Source: Eledone cirrhosa
Lineage: Eukaryota
Reading direction: 5' to 3'
DNA: 64,000 bases
Assembly: GCA_964016885.1 (NCBI GenBank)
Contig: OZ024743.1
Location: 319,424,001-319,488,000 of the forward strand
In this document: positions 47,912 through 62,279 of the stretch, one piece after another
Position numbering within the stretch: the stretch's first letter is position 1
How the letters are laid out: every line of letters begins with the position of its first letter
Program-made: the position numbers and the translations under genes
The notes under the pieces: generated by a model
Databases searched by the model: none
The model's input: only the letters and a program-made list of their open reading frames with translations
What the model was told of the DNA's origin: nothing

Positions 47912-50239
47912 ATTGCTGTTGTTGTTGTTGTTATTGCTGTTGTTAGTTGAGTTGTTGCTGCTGTTGTTGTTGTTGCTGTTGTTAGTGGAGTTGTTGCCAT
48001 GATGTTGCTGATACCATTGTTGTTGTTGTTGTTGTTGCTGTTGCTGTCATATTGTTGCTGCTGTTGTTGTAGTTGCTGTGGTTAGTGGAGTTGTTGTCAT
48101 GTTGTTGCTGATACCGTTGTTGTTGTTGTTGTTGTTTTTATTGCTGTTGTTAGTGGAGCTGTTGTTGCTGTTGTTGTTGTTGTTGTTGCTGTTGTTGTTG
48201 TTATTATTGCTGTTGTTGTTGTTGTTGTTGTTATTGCTGTTGTTAGTGGAGTTGTTGTCATGTTGTTGGTGTCACAGTTGTTGTTGTTGCTGCTGCTGTT
48301 ATTATTGCTGTTGTTGTTGTTATTGCTGTTGTTAGTGGAGTTGTTGCTGCTGTTGTTGTTGTTGCTGCTGTTGTTGTTATTGTTGTGGTTAGTGGAGTTG
48401 TTGTCATGTGGTTGCTGTTACCGTTGTTGTTGTTGCTGTTATTGCTGTTACTTCTGTTGTTGCTGCCGCAGTTGTTGATACTGTTGTTAGTGGAGTTGTT
48501 GTCATGTTGTTGCTGATACCGTTGTTGTTGTTGTTGTTATTGCTGTTGTTAGTGGAGTTGTTGATGCTGTTGTTGTTGTTGTTGTTGCTGTTGTTGTTGT
48601 TGTTGTTATTGCTGTTGTTCGTGGAGTTGTTGTCATGTTGTTGCTGATTCCGTTGTTGCTTTTGTTGTTGTTGTTGTTAGTTGAGTTGTTGCTGCTGTTG
48701 TTGTTGTTGCTGTTGTTAGTGGAGTTGTTGCCATGATGTTGCTGATACCATTGTTGTTGTTGTTGTTGTTGCTGTTGCTGTCATATTGTTGCTGCTGTTG
48801 TTGATATTGCTGCAGTTGTTGTTATTGCTGTTGTTAGTGGAGTTGTTGTCATGTTGTTGCTGTTGTGTTATTGCTGTTGTTATTGGAGTTGTTGTCATGT
48901 TGTTGCTGATACCGTTGTTGTTGCTGCTGTTGTTGTTGTTATTGCTGTTGTGAGTGGAGTTGTTGTCATGTTGTGATACCGTTGTTGATGTTGCTGCTGT
49001 CTGGTTATTGCTGTTGTTAGTGGAGTTGTTGTCATGTAGCTGCTGATACCTTTGTTGCTGCTGTTCTTGTTGTCATTGTTGCTGTTGTTAGTGGAGTTGT
49101 TGTCATGTTGTTGCTGTTGTTTTTGTTATTGCTGTTGTTAGTGCAGTTGTCATGTCGTTGTGTTACCGTTGTTGATGTTCCTGATGTTGTTGTTATTGCT
49201 GTTGTTGTTGCTGTTGTTGTCATGTTGTTGCTGATACCGTTGTTGTTGCTGCTGTTGTTGTTGTTATTGTTGTTGTTAGTTGAGTTTTTGTCATGTTGCT
49301 GCTACCGTTGTTGCTGTTGTTGTTGTTGTTGCTGCTGTTGTTGTTGCAGTTGTTAGTGGAGTTGTTGTCATGTTGTTGTGATACCGTTGTTGTTGCTGCT
49401 GTTGTTGTTGTTATTGCTGTTGTTAGTGGAGTTGTTGTCATGTTGTTGCTGATACCGTTGTTGTTGCTGTTGTTGTTGTTGTTGCTGTTGTTATTGTTAC
49501 TGTTGTTGTTAGTGTAGTTGTTGTCATGTTGTTGCTGATACCGTTTTTGTTGTTGCTGTTGTTGTTGTTATTGTTGTTGTTAGTGGAGTGGAGTTGTTGT
49601 CATGTTGTTGCTGATACCGTTGTTGTTGTTGTTGTTGTTGTTGTTATTGCTGCTGTTAATGTAGTTGTTGTCATGTGGTTGCTGATACCGTTGTTGTTGC
49701 TGCTGTGTTGTTGTTATTGCTGCTGTTGTTAGTGTAGTTGCGGTCATGTTGTTGCTGATACCGTTGTTGTTGCTGTTGTTGTTGTTGCTGCTGCTGCTGC
49801 TGTTGTTGTTGTTGCTGTTGTTATTGTTACTGTTGTTGTTAGTGTAGTTGTTGTCATGTTGTTGCTGATACCGTTTTTGTTGTTGCTGTTGTTGTTGTTA
49901 TTGTTGTTGTTAGTGGAGTGGAGTTGTTGTCATGTTGTTGCTGATACCGTTGTTGTTGTTGTTGTTGTTGTTATTGCTGCTGTTAATGTAGTTGTTGTCA
50001 TGTGGTTGCTGATACCGTTGTTGTTGCTGCTGTGTTGTTGTTATTGCTGCTGTTGTTAGTGTAGTTGCGGTCATGTTGTTGCTGATACCGTTGTTGTTGT
50101 TGCTGCTGTGTTCTTGTTATTGTTGTTGTTAGGGGAGTTGTTGTCATGTTGTTGCTGATACCGTTGTTGCTGTTGTTGTTGTTGTTATTGCTGTTGTCAG
50201 TGGAGTTGTTGTCATGTGGTTGCTGATACGGTTGTTGTT

Positions 50240-50270
<31 letters not shown>

Positions 50271-52888
50271 TTGTTGTATTTGCTGCTGCTGTTGTTGTTG
50301 CTGTTGTTAGAGGAGTTGTTGTCATGTTGTTGTTACCGTTGTTGTTGTTGTTGTTGTTGTTATTGCTGTTGTCAGTGGAGTTGTTGTCATGTTGTTGTGT
50401 TACCGTTGTTGTTGCTGCTGTTGTTGTTGTTGTTATTGCTGTTGTTAATGGAGTTGTTGCCATGTTGTTGTGTTACCGTTGTTGTTGCTGCTGTTGTTGT
50501 TGTTATTGCTGTTGTTAGTGGAGTTGTTGTCATGTTGTTGCTGTTGTTGTTGTTGTTACTGTTGTTGTTGTTATTGCTGTTGTTAGTGGAGTTGTTGTCA
50601 TGTTGTTGCTGTCGTTGTTGTTGTTACTGTTGTTGTTGTTATTGATGTTGTTAGTGGAGTTGTTGTCATATTGTTGCTGATACCGTTGTTGTTGCTGTTG
50701 TTGTTGTTATTGCTGTTGTTGTTGTTGTTGTTAGTGGAGTTGTTGTCATGTTGTTGCTGATACGGTTGTTGTTGTTGCTGCTGCTGTTGTTGTTATTGCT
50801 GTTGTTAGTGGAGTTGTTGTCATGTTGTTGCTGCTGTTGTTGTTGTTGCTGCTGTTGTTGTTGCAGTTGTTAGTGGAGTTGTTGTCATGTTGTTGCTGAT
50901 ACCTTTGTTGTTGTTGTTGTTGTTGTTATTGCTGTTGTTAGTGGAGCTGTTGTTGCTGTTGTTGTTGTTGTTGTGGCTGTTGTTGTTGTTATTATTGCTG
51001 TTGTTGTTGTTGTTGTTGTTGTTATTGCTGTTGTTAGTGGAGTTGTTGTCATGTTTTTGCTGATACCGTTGTTGCTTTTGTTGTTGTTGTTGTTATTGTT
51101 GTTTTTTAGTTGAGATGTTGCTGCTGTTGTTGTTATTGCTGTGGTTAGTGGAGTTATTGTCATGTGGTTGCTGTTACCGTTGTTGTTGTTGCTGTTATTG
51201 CTGTTACTTCTGTTGTTGCTGCCGCAGTTGTTGATACTGTTGTTAGTGGAGTTGTTGTCATGTTGTTGCTGATACCGTTGTTGCTTTTGTTGTTGTTGTT
51301 GTTATTGCTGTTGTTAGTGGAGTTGTTGATGCTGTTGTTGTTGTTGTTGCTGTTGTTGTTGTTGTTGTTATTGCTGTTGTTCGTGGAGTTGTTGTCATGT
51401 TGTTGCTGTTGTTATTGCTGTTGTTAGTGGAGTTGTTGTCATGTTGTTGTGATACCGTTGTTGTTGTTGTTGTTGTTGTTGTTATTGCTGTTGTCAGTGG
51501 AGTTGTTGTCATGTTGTTGTGTTACCGTTGTTGTTGCTGCTGTTGTGGTTGTTGTTGTTATTGCTGTTGTTAGTGGAGTTGTTGCCATGTTGTTGTGTTA
51601 CCGTTGTTGTTGCTGCTGTTGTTGTTGTTATTGCTGTTGTTAGTGGAGTTGTTGTCATATTGTTGCTGATACCGTTGTTGCTGCTGTTGTTGTTGCTGTT
51701 GCTGCTGTTGTTGTTGTTATTGCTCTTGTTAGTGGAGTTGTCATATTGTTGCTGAGCCGTTGTTGTTGCTGCTGTTGTTGTTGTTATTGCTGTTGTTGTT
51801 GTTGTTAGTGGAGTTGTTGTCATGTTGTTGCTGATACCGTTGTTGTTGCTGCTGTTGTTGTTGTTATTGCTGTTGTGAGTGGAGTTGTTGTCATGTTGTG
51901 ATACCGTTGTTGATGTTGCTGCTGTCTGGTTATTGCTGTTGTTAGTGGAGTTGTTGTCATGTAGCTGCTGATACCTTTGTTGCTGCTGTTCTTGTTGTCA
52001 TTGTTGCTGTTGTTAGTGGAGTTGTTGTCATGTTGTTGCTGTTGTTGTTGTTGCTGTTGTTGTTATTGCTGTTGTTAGTGGAGTTGTTGTCATGTTGTTG
52101 CTGTTGTTTTTGTTATTGCTGTTGTTAGTGCAGTTGTCATGTCGTTGTGTTACCGTTGTTGATGTTCCTGATGTTGTTGTTATTGCTGTTGTTGTTGCTG
52201 TTGTTGTCATGTTGTTGCTGATACCGTTGTTGTTGCTGCTGTTGTTGTTGTTATTGTTGTTGTTAGTTGAGTTTTTGTCATGTTGCTGCTACCGTTGTTG
52301 CTGTTGTTGTTGTTATTGCTGTTGTTAGTGGAGTTGTTGTCATGTTGTTGTGATACCGTTGTTGTTGCTGCTGTTGTTGTTGTTATTGCTGTTGTTAGTG
52401 GAGTTGTTGTCATGTTGTTGCTGATACCGTTGTTGTTGCTGTTGTTGTTGTTGCTGCTGCTGCTGCTGTTGTTGTTGTTGCTGTTGTTATTGTTACTGTT
52501 GTTGTTAGTGTAGTTGTTGTCATGTTGTTGCTGATACCGTTTTTGTTGTTGCTGTTGTTGTTGTTATTGTTGTTGTTAGTGGAGTGGAGTTGTTGTCATG
52601 TTGTTGCTGATACCGTTGTTGTTGTTGTTGTTGTTATTGCTGTTGGAGTTGTTGTCATGTTGTTGCTGATACCGTTGCTGTTGTTGTTGTTGTTGTTATT
52701 GCTGCTGTTAATGTAGTTGTTGTCATGTGGTTGCTGATACCGTTGTTGTTGCTGCTGTGTTGTTGTTATTGTTGTTGTTAGGGGAGTTGTTGTCATGTTG
52801 TTGCTGATACCGTTGTTGCTGTTGTTGTTGTTGTTATTGCTGTTGTCAGTGGAGTTGTTGTCATGTGGTTGCTGATACGGTTGTTGTT

Positions 52889-52919
<31 letters not shown>

Positions 52920-52920
52920 T

Positions 52921-52952
<32 letters not shown>

Positions 52953-53000
52953 TTGTTAGAGGAGTTGTTGTCATGTTGTTGTTACCGTTGTTGCTGCTGT

Positions 53001-53032
<32 letters not shown>

Positions 53033-56000
53033 TTGTCAGTGGAGTTGTTGTCATGTTGTTGTGTTAACGTTGTTGTTGCTGCTGTTGTTGTTGTTATTGC
53101 TGTTGTTAATGGAGTTGTTGCCATGTTGTTGTGTTACCGTTGTTGTTGCTGCTGTTGTTGTTGTTATTGCTGTTGTTAGTGGAGTTGTTGTCATGTTGTT
53201 GCTGTTGTTGTTGTTGTTACTGTTGTTGTTGTTATTGCTGTTGTTAGTGGAGTTGTTGTCATGTTGTTGCTGTCGTTGTTGTTGTTACTGTTGTTGTTGT
53301 TATTGATGTTGTTAGTGGAGTTGTTGTCATATTGTTGCTGATACCGTTGTTGTTGCTGCTGTTGTTGTTGTTATTGCTGTTGTTGTTGTTGTTGTTAGTG
53401 GAGTTGTTGTCATGTTGTTGCTGATACGGTTGTTGTTGTTGCTGCTGCTGTTGTTGTTATTGCTGTTGTTAGTGGAGTTGTTGTCATGTTGTTGCTGCTG
53501 TTGTTGTTGTTGCTGCTGTTGTTGTTGCAGTTGTTAGTGGAGTTGTTGTCATGTTGTTGCTGATACCTTTGTTGTTGTTGTTGTTGTTGTTATTGCTGTT
53601 GTTAGTGGAGCTGTTGTTGCTGTTGTTGTTGTTGTTGTTGCTGTTGTTGTTGTTATTATTGCTGTTGTTGTTGTTGTTGTTGTTGTTATTGCTGTTGTTA
53701 GTGGAGTTGTTGTCATGTTTTTGCTGATACCGTTGTTGCTTTTGTTGTTGTTGTTGTTATTGTTGTTTTTTAGTTGAGATGTTGCTGCTGTTGTTGTTAT
53801 TGCTGTGGTTAGTGGAGTTATTGTCATGTGGTTGCTGTTACCGTTGTTGTTGTTGCTGTTATTGCTGTTACTTCTGTTGTTGCTGCCGCAGTTGTTGATA
53901 CTGTTGTTAGTGGAGTTGTTGTCATGTTGTTGCTGATACCGTTGTTGCTTTTGTTGTTGTTGTTGTTATTGCTGTTGTTAGTGGAGTTGTTGATGCTGTT
54001 GTTGTTGTTGTTGTTGCTGTTGTTGTTGTTGTTGTTATTGCTGTTGTTCGTGGAGTTGTTGTCATGTTGTTGCTGTTGTTATTGCTGTTGTTAGTGGAGT
54101 TGTTGTCATGTTGTTGTGATACCGTTGTTGTTGTTGTTGTTGTTGTTGTTGTTATTGCTGTTGTTAGTGTAGTTGTTGTCATGTTGTTGTGTTACCGTTG
54201 TTGTTGCTGCTGTTGTGGTTGTTGTTGTTATTGCTGTTGTTAGTGGAGTTGTTGCCATGTTGTTGTGTTACCGTTGTTGTTGCTGCTGTTGTGGTTGTTG
54301 TTGTTGTCATGTTGTTGCTGTTGTTATTGCTGTTGTTAGTGGAGTTGTTGTCATGTTGTTGTGTTACCGTTGTTGTTGTTGTTGTTGTTGTTGTTGTTAT
54401 TGCTGTTGTTAGTGTAGTTGTTGTCATGTTGTTGTGTTACCGTTGTTGTTGCTGCTGTTGTGGTTGTTGTTGTTATTGCTGTTGTTAGTGGAGTTGTTGC
54501 CATGTTGTTGTGTTACCGTTGTTGTTGCTGCTGTTGTTGTTGTTATTGCTGTTGTTAGTGGAGTTGTTGTCATGTTGTTGCTGTCGTTGTTGTTGTTACT
54601 GTTGTTGTTGTTATTGATGTTGTTAGTGGAGTTGTTGTCATATTGTTGCTGATACCGTTGTTGCTGCTGTTGTTGTTGCTGTTGCTGCTGTTGTTGTTGT
54701 TATTGCTCTTGTTAGTGGAGTTGTCATATTGTTGCTGAGCCGTTGTTGTTGCTGCTGTTGTTGTTGTTATTGCTGTTGTTGTTGTTGTTAGTGGAGTTGT
54801 TGTCATGTTGTTGTGTTACCGTTGTTGTTGTTGCTGTTGTTGTTGTTATTGCTGTTGTTAGTGGAGTTGTTGTCATGTTGTTGTGATACCGTTGTTGATG
54901 TTGCTGCTGCTGTTGTTGTTGCTGTTGTTAGTGTAGTTGTTGTCAAGTGGTTGCTGATACCGTTGTTGTTGTTGCTGTTGTTGTTATTGCTGTTGTTAGT
55001 GGAGTTGTTGTCATGTTGTTGCTGATACCGTTGTTGTTGCTGTTGTTGTTGTTGCGGCTGCTGTTGTTTGTGGATTTGTTGTCATGTTGTTGTGTTTCCG
55101 TTGTTGTTGCTGCTGTTGTTGTTGTTGTTATTGCTGTTGTTAGTGGAGTTGTTGTCATGTTGTTGCTGATACCGTTGTTGTTGTTGCTGTTGTTGTTGTT
55201 ATTGCTGTTGTGAGTGGAGTTGTTGTCATGTTGTTGCTGATACCGTTGTTGTTGCTGCTGATGTTGTTGTTGTTATTGCTGTTGTTAGTGGAGTTGTTGT
55301 CATGTTGTTGTGTTACCGTTGTTGTTGTTGCTGTTGTTGTCATGTTGTTGCTGATACCGTTGTTGTTGCTGGTGTTGTTGTTGTTATTGCTGTTGTTAGT
55401 GGACTTGTTGTCATGTTGTTGCTGATACCGTTGCTGTTGCTGCTGTTGTTGTTGTTATTGTTGTTGTTAGTAGAGTTTTTGTCATGTTGCTGCTACCGTT
55501 GTTGCTGCTGTTGTTGTTGTTATTGCTGTTGTTAGTGGAGTTGTTGTCATGTTGTTGCTGATACCGTTGTTGTTGCTGTTGTTGTTGTTGCTGCTGCTGC
55601 TGCTGCTGTTGCTGTTGTTGCTGTTGTTATTGTTACTGTTGTTGTCAGTGTAGTTGTTGTCATGTTGTTGCTGATACCGTTTTTGTTGTTGCTGTTGTTG
55701 TTGTTATTGTTGTTGTTAGTGGAGTGGAGTTGTTGTCATGTTGTTGTGTTACCGTTGTTGTTGCTGCTGTTGTTGTTGTTATTGTTGTTGTTAGTAGAGT
55801 TTTTGTCATGTTGCTGCTACCGTTGTTGCTGCTGTTGTTGTTGTTATTGCTGTTGTTAGTGGAGTTGTTGTCATGTTGTTGTGATACCGTTGTTGATGTT
55901 GCTGCTGCTGTTGTTATTGCTGTTGTTAGTGGAGTTGTTGTCATGTGGTTGCTGATACCGTTGTTGTTGTTGTTGTTGTTGTTGTTAGTGGAGTTGTTGT

Positions 56001-57728
56001 CATGTTGTTGCTGTTACCGTTGTTGTTGCTGTTGTTGTTGTTGCTGCTGCTGTTGTTAGTGGAGTTGTTGTCATGTGGTTGCTGATACCGTTGTTGTTGC
56101 TGCTGTTTTTGTTGTTGTTGCTGCTGTTGTTAGTGTAGTTTTTGTCATGTTGTTGCTGATACCGTTGTTGTTGTTGTTGTTGCTGCTGCTGATGTTAGTG
56201 GAGTTGTTGTCATGTGGTTGCTGATACCGTTGTTGTTGCTGCTGTTGTTGTTGTTGTTGCTGCTGTTGTTAGTGTAGTTGTTGTCATGTTGTTGCTGATA
56301 CCGTTGTTGTTGTTGTTGTTGCTGCTGCTGATGTTAGTGGAGTTGTTGTCATGTGGTTGCTGATACCGTTGTTGTTGCTGCTGTTGTTGTTGTTGTTGTG
56401 GCTGTTGTTAGTGGAGTAGTTGTCATGTGGTTGCTGATTCCGTTTTTGCTGCTGTTGTTGTTGTTGTTGTTGTTATTGCTGTTGTGAGTGGAGTTGTTGT
56501 CATGTTGTTGTGTTACCGTTGTTGTTGTTGTTATTGCTGTTGTTAGTGGAGTTGTTATGTTGTTGTGTTACCGTTGTTGTTGTTGTTATTGGTGTCGTTA
56601 GTGGAGTTGTTGTCATGTTGTTGCTGACACAGTTGTTGTTGCTACTGTTGTTGTTGTTATTGATGTTGTTGTTGTTATTGCTGTTGTTAGTGGAGTTGTT
56701 GTCATGTTGTTGCTGTTGTTGTTGTCGTTATTGCTGTTGTTAGCGGAGTTGTTGTCATGTTGTTGCTGATACCGTTGTTGTTGCTGTTGTTGTTGTTGTT
56801 AGTGCTGTTGTTAGTGTAGTTGTTGTCATGTTGCTGATACCTTTGTTGTTGTTGCTGTTGTTGTTGTTATTGTTGTTTTTAGTGGAGTTGTTGTTGCTGC
56901 TGTGTTCTTGTTATTGCTGTTGTTAGGGGAGTTGTTGTCATGTTGTTGCTGATAAGGTTGTTGTTGTTGCTGTTGTTGTTGTTATTGCTGTTGTCAGTGG
57001 AGTTGTTGTCATGTGGTTGCTGATAAGGTTGTTGTTGTTGCTGTTGTTGTTGTTGTTGCTGCTGCTGTTGTTGTTGTTGCTGTTGTTAGAGGAGTTGTTG
57101 TCATGTTCTTGTTACCGTTGTTGTTGTTGTTGTTGTTGTTATTGCTGTTGTCAGTGGAGTTGTTGTCATGTTGTTGTGTTACCGTTGTTGTTGCTGCTGT
57201 TGTTGTTGTTGTTGTTATTGCTGTTGTTAGTGGAGTTGTTGCCATGTTGTTGTGTTACCGTTGTTGTTGCTGCTGTTGTTGTTGTTGTTGCTGTTGTTAG
57301 TGGAGTTGTTGTCATGTTGTTGCTGTTGTTGTTGTTGTTACTGTTGTTGTTGTTATTGCTGTTGTTAGTGGAGTTGTTGTCATATTGTTGCTGCTGTTGT
57401 TGTTGTTGTTGCTGCTGTTGTTGTTGTTATTGCTCTTGTTAGTGGAGTTGTCATATTGTTGCTGCTGTTGTTGTTGTTATTGCTGTTGTTGTTGTTGTTA
57501 GTGGAGTTGTTGTCATGTTGTTGTGTTACCGTTGTTGATGTTGCTGCTGCTGTTGTTATTGCTGTTGTTAGTGGAGTTGTTGTCATGTGGTTGCTGATAC
57601 CGTTGTTGTTGTTGTTGTTGTTGTTAGTGGAGTTGTCATGTTGTTGCTGTTACCGTTGTTGTTGCTGTTGTTGTTGTTGTTGCTGCTGCTGTTGTTAGTG
57701 GAGTTGTTGTCATGTGGTTGCTGATACC

Positions 57729-57764
<36 letters not shown>

Positions 57765-60700
57765 AGTGTAGTTGTTGTCATGTTGTTGTTGATACCGTTG
57801 TTGTTGTTGTTGTTGTTGCTGCTGCTGTTGTTAGTGGAGTTGTTGTCATGTGGTTGTGTTTCCGTTGTTGTTGCTGCTGTTGTCGTTGTTATTGCTGTTG
57901 TTAGTGGAGTTGTTTTCATGTTGTTGGTGTCACAGTTGTTGTTGTTGCTGCTGCTGTTATTATTGCTGTTGTTGTTGTTATTGCTGTTGTTAGTGGAGTT
58001 GTTGTCATGTTGTTGCTGTTGTTGTTGTTGTTATTGCTGTTGTTAGCGGAGTTGTTGTCATGTTGTTGCTGTTGTTTTTGTTATTTCTGTTGTTAGTGGA
58101 GTTGTTGTCATGTGGTTGCTGATACCGTTCTTGTTGCTGTTGTTGTTGTTGTTATTGCTGTTGTTAGTAGTTTTTGTCATGTTGTTGCTGATACCCTTGT
58201 TGTTGTTGCTGTTGTTGTTGTTATTGTTGTTTTTAGTGGAGTTGTTGTCATGTTGTTGCTGTTACAGTTGTTGTTTTTGCTGCTGCTGCTGTTGTTGTTA
58301 TTGCTGTTGTTAGTGGAGTTGTTGTCATATTGTTGCTGTTACAGTTGTTGTTGTTGCTGCTGCTGCTGTTGTTGTTATTGGTGTTGTTAGTGGAGTTGTT
58401 GTCATGTTGTTGCTGATACCGTTGTTGTTGTTGTTGTTGTTGTTATTGCTGCTGCTGTTGTTGTTGTTATTGCTATTGGAGTCGTTGTCATGTTGTTGCT
58501 GATAGCGTTGTTGTTGTTGCTGTTGTTGTTGTTGCTGTTGTTAGTGGAGTTGTTGTCATGTTGTTGCTGACACAGTTGTTGTTGTTGTTGTTAGTGGAGT
58601 TGTTGTCAAGTTGTTGCTGATACCGTTGTTGTCGTTGTTGTTGTTGCTGTTGTTAGTGGAGTTGTTGTCAAGTTGTTGCTGATACCGTTGTTGTTGTTGT
58701 TGGTGTTGCTGTTGTTAGTGGAGTTGTTGTCATGTTGTTGCTGATACCGTTGTTGTTGTTGTTGTTGTTGTTGTTAGTGGAGTTGTTGTCATGTTGTTGC
58801 TGTTACCGTTGTTGTTGCTGTTGTTATTGTTACTGTTGTTGTTAGTGTAGTTGTTGTCAAGTGTTTGCTGATACCGTTGTTGTTGTTGCTGTTGTTAGTG
58901 GAGTTGTTGTCATGTTGTTGCTGACACCGTTGTTGTTGTTGTGGTTGTTGTTGTTATTTGCTGTTGTTAGTGGAGTTGTTATGTTGTTGTGATACCGTTG
59001 TTGTTGATGCTGTTGTTGTTGCTGTTGTTGTTGTTGCGGCTGCTGTTGTTTGTGGATTTGTTGTCATGTTGTTGTGTTTCCTTTGTTGTTGCTGCTGTTG
59101 TTGTTGTTGTTATTGCTGTTGTTAGTGGAATTGTTGTCATGTTGTTGCTGACACCGTTGTTGTTGTTGTGGTTGTTGTTGTTATTTGCTGTTGTTAGTGG
59201 AGTTGTTATGTTGTTGTGATACCGTTGTTGTTGATGCTGTTGTTGTTGCTGTTGTTAGTGGAGTTGTTGTCATGTTGTTGCTGACACCGTTGTTGTTGTT
59301 GCTGTTGTTGTTGTTATTGCTGTTGTCAGTGGACTTGTTGTCATGTTGTTGCTGATACCGTTGTTGTTGCTGCTGTTGTTGTTGTTATTGCTGCTGTTGT
59401 TATTGTTATTGTTGTTGTTAGTAGAGTTTTTGTCATGTTGTTGCTGATACCGTTGTTGTTGCTGTTGTTGTTGTTATTGCTGTTGTTAGTGGAGTTGTTG
59501 TCATGTTGTTGCTGATACCGTTGTTGTTTTTGTTGCTGCTGTTGTTGTTATTATTGCTGCTGTTGTTGTTGTTATTGTTGTTGTTAGTGGAGTTGTTGTC
59601 ATATTGTTGCTGATACCGTTGTTGTTGTTGTTGTTGTTGTTATTGCTGCTGTTGTTGTTGTTATTGCTATTGGAGTTGTTGTCATGTTGTTGCTGATACC
59701 GTTGTTGTTGTTGCTGTTGTTGTTGTTGCTGTTGTTAGTGGAGTTGTTGTCATGTTGTTGCTGACACAGTTGTTGTTGTTGTTGTTAGTGGAGTTGTTGT
59801 CAAGTTGTTGCTGATACCGTTGTTGTTGTTGTTGCTGTTGTTAGTGGAGTTGTTGTCATGTTGTTGCTGATACCCTTGTTGTTGTTGTTGCTGTTGTGAG
59901 TGGAGTTGTCATGTTGTTGCTGACACAGTTGTTGTTGTTGTTTGTGGAGTTGTTGTCATGTTGTTGCTGATACCGTTGTTGTTGTTGTTGTTGCTCTTGT
60001 TAGTGCAGCTGTTTTCATGTTGTTGCTGATACCGTTGTTGTTGTTGTTGTTGTTGTTGCTGTTGTTAGTGGAGTTGTTGTCATGTTGTTGTTGTTAGTGG
60101 GGTTGTTGTCATGTTGTTGCTGATGTTGTTGCTGTTGTTGTTGTTGTTGTTGTTGTTGTTAGTGGAGTTGTTGTCATGTTGTTGCTGTTGTTAGTGGAGT
60201 TGTTGTCATGTTGTTGCTGATACCTTTGTTGTTGCTGCTTCTGTTGCTGTTGCTGTTACTTCTCTTGTTGCTGCCGCAGTTGCTGCTGTTATTGCTGCTA
60301 TTACCGTTGTTTTTGTTATTGCTGCTATTGTTGCTGTTGTTGCTGCTTCTGTTGCTGTTACTTCTGGTGTCGCTGCCGCTGTTGTTGCTGCTGATATTTC
60401 TGCTATTACCGTTGTTGTTGTTATTGCTGCTATTGCTGCTGTTGTTGCTTCTTCTTTTGCTGTTACTTCTGGTGTTGCTGCCGCTGTTGTTGCTGCTGAT
60501 ATTGCTGCTATTACCGTTGTTGTTGTTGCTGCTATTGCTGCTGTTGTTGCTGCTTCTGTTGCTGTTACTTCTGGTGTTGCTGCCGCTGTTGTTGCTGCTG
60601 TTGTTGCAGCTGATATTGTTGCTATTACCGTTGTTGTTGTTGCTGGTATTGCTGCTGTTGCTGATGCTCTTGATGCTACTGTTTCTGGTGTGCTGCTGTT

Positions 60701-60811
60701 GTTGCTACTGTTGCTGTTGATGCTACTGTTGCTGGTGTGCTTTTGCTGATGTTGCTGTTGCTGCTGCTGCAGTTGCTGTTTATATTGCTACTGGTACTGT
60801 TGCTGTTGTTG
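47420..60811. repeat. 13.4 kb (GTT)n-derived minisatellite with higher-order duplication
   Basis: Recurring AGTGGAGTTGTTGTCATGTTGTTGCTGATACC between variable (GTT/GCT)n runs; variant blocks recur at ~2.65 kb offset (50212/52861, 50885/53549, 51164/53828). Confidence 0.96.
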
Positions 60812-61091
60812 CCTCAAATCAAGTCTGATTGAACAGAACTATAATGGAAGGTGTTTTAGCCGTGGTTATTCAGTGGTGGTTGTGGGGTAGACCTAGTTAC
60901 CCTAGGACTATTATTATCAAGAATAATCCGACATGATTTTAGAATGATTGAGTTATTATTTCTAGTGTGTCGAGTCATTATTAAGGTGCTCCTTTATTCT
61001 TTCATGTTAAACCTGTAGATGAGAAAGAAAGAATTTTTCAATAATTCTAATCGATTATCTAGCTTATTACGGTAGAAATCTTTAATATAAT

Positions 61092-61280
61092 TGTTTCTAC
61101 TTTTGGTACAAGGCCAGCAATTGCCCAGTACATGACTGGTACTTTATTTTATCGATCCCGTAAGGATGAAAGGCAAAGTTAACTTCGGCAGGATTTGAAC
61201 TCAGATCATAAAGGGCCGTAACTCTTTGCTACAAAGCATGGCGTCAGATCCTCTACCGATACTGCCAGTCCACCGCCCTC
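61092..61280 (-). mobile_element. SINE family A with 16 bp TSD
   Basis: TSD aaatctttaatataat at 61076-61091 and 61281-61296. Confidence 0.9.
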
Positions 61281-61534
61281 AAATCTTTAATATAATGAAA
61301 CAATGCTATGAAGATCTATAAATTTATATATCAAAATAATAATAGGAACATTTATAGATAAAATGTGAATTTTCCATGAGTCAACCTCTATTGTTGTTCA
61401 TATCTGTCGTAGTGAGACAGGCGACAGACAAACAGTAAAGCCTCAGTGAAGGCATTCTAGTTTCTTGTTTCCTTTTTATGATATTTTATTGTATTTTACA
61501 GAGTTGTTAGGTTATAGTTGATACGCCTCTGTTA

Positions 61535-61755
61535 GGATGGTGGATTAGCAGTATCGGTAGTGCTACGGGCAACAGGCATTGTAACATATACTTACGTCTC
61601 TTTAACTTCTGAGTTCAAATCGCGTCGAGGTTAGCGTTGCTTTTCATCCTCACGGGATCGATAAAATAAATTACCAGTAACGCACTGAAGTCGATCAAAT
61701 CGATTTCACCTTCCCCCAAAATTATTGGCATTATGCCTAAATCAGAAATCATTAT
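61535..61755 (+). mobile_element. Older, longer SINE family A relative (another remnant at ~61833-62090)
   Basis: A box, GAGTTCAAATC B box, central domain, tail GGCATTATGCCTAAATCAGAAATCATTAT. Confidence 0.82.
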
Positions 61756-62191
61756 ACACTCCGGTATGGGTCTTGCTTAGCCCCCTAGTTCAAATCCCCA
61801 ATTCGAGTTCGATGCAAAGAATACCAGTTAAAGGCCGATGAATTGGTGAAATTGTTAAAGTGTCGGTATCTGATCCGGCTCCGTGCATTCTGAACTCAAA
61901 TTCCGTCTCCTTCTGCCAGGAGCTGCGGCAGGCTGATAGTATCAGCAATCAAAGACAGATGAAAACATTGGTCCGATCTGATGATCAGTTCATTTTCTCT
62001 CGTTTACACTTCTGCAAATTTGATTGTCGAATTCTACCGAGGTCAACTTTGCCTTTCATCTTTTCGGAGTTGATGCCAGTCCAGGTGTGATATCTATATA
62101 TCTCTCTCTATATATACATACAGACGCACAGTCGCGCGCGCACACGCACATACATACATACATACATACATACACACACACACAGACACAG

Positions 62192-62272
<81 letters not shown>

Positions 62273-62279
62273 CATAACA

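Noticed and set aside
47420-60811. Thr-rich mucin-like or poly-Leu/Val/Cys ORFs in the GTT satellite
   Set aside because: Unit lengths shift frame and each unit has a TGA in one minus frame; no long ORF; these are translations of a trinucleotide repeat
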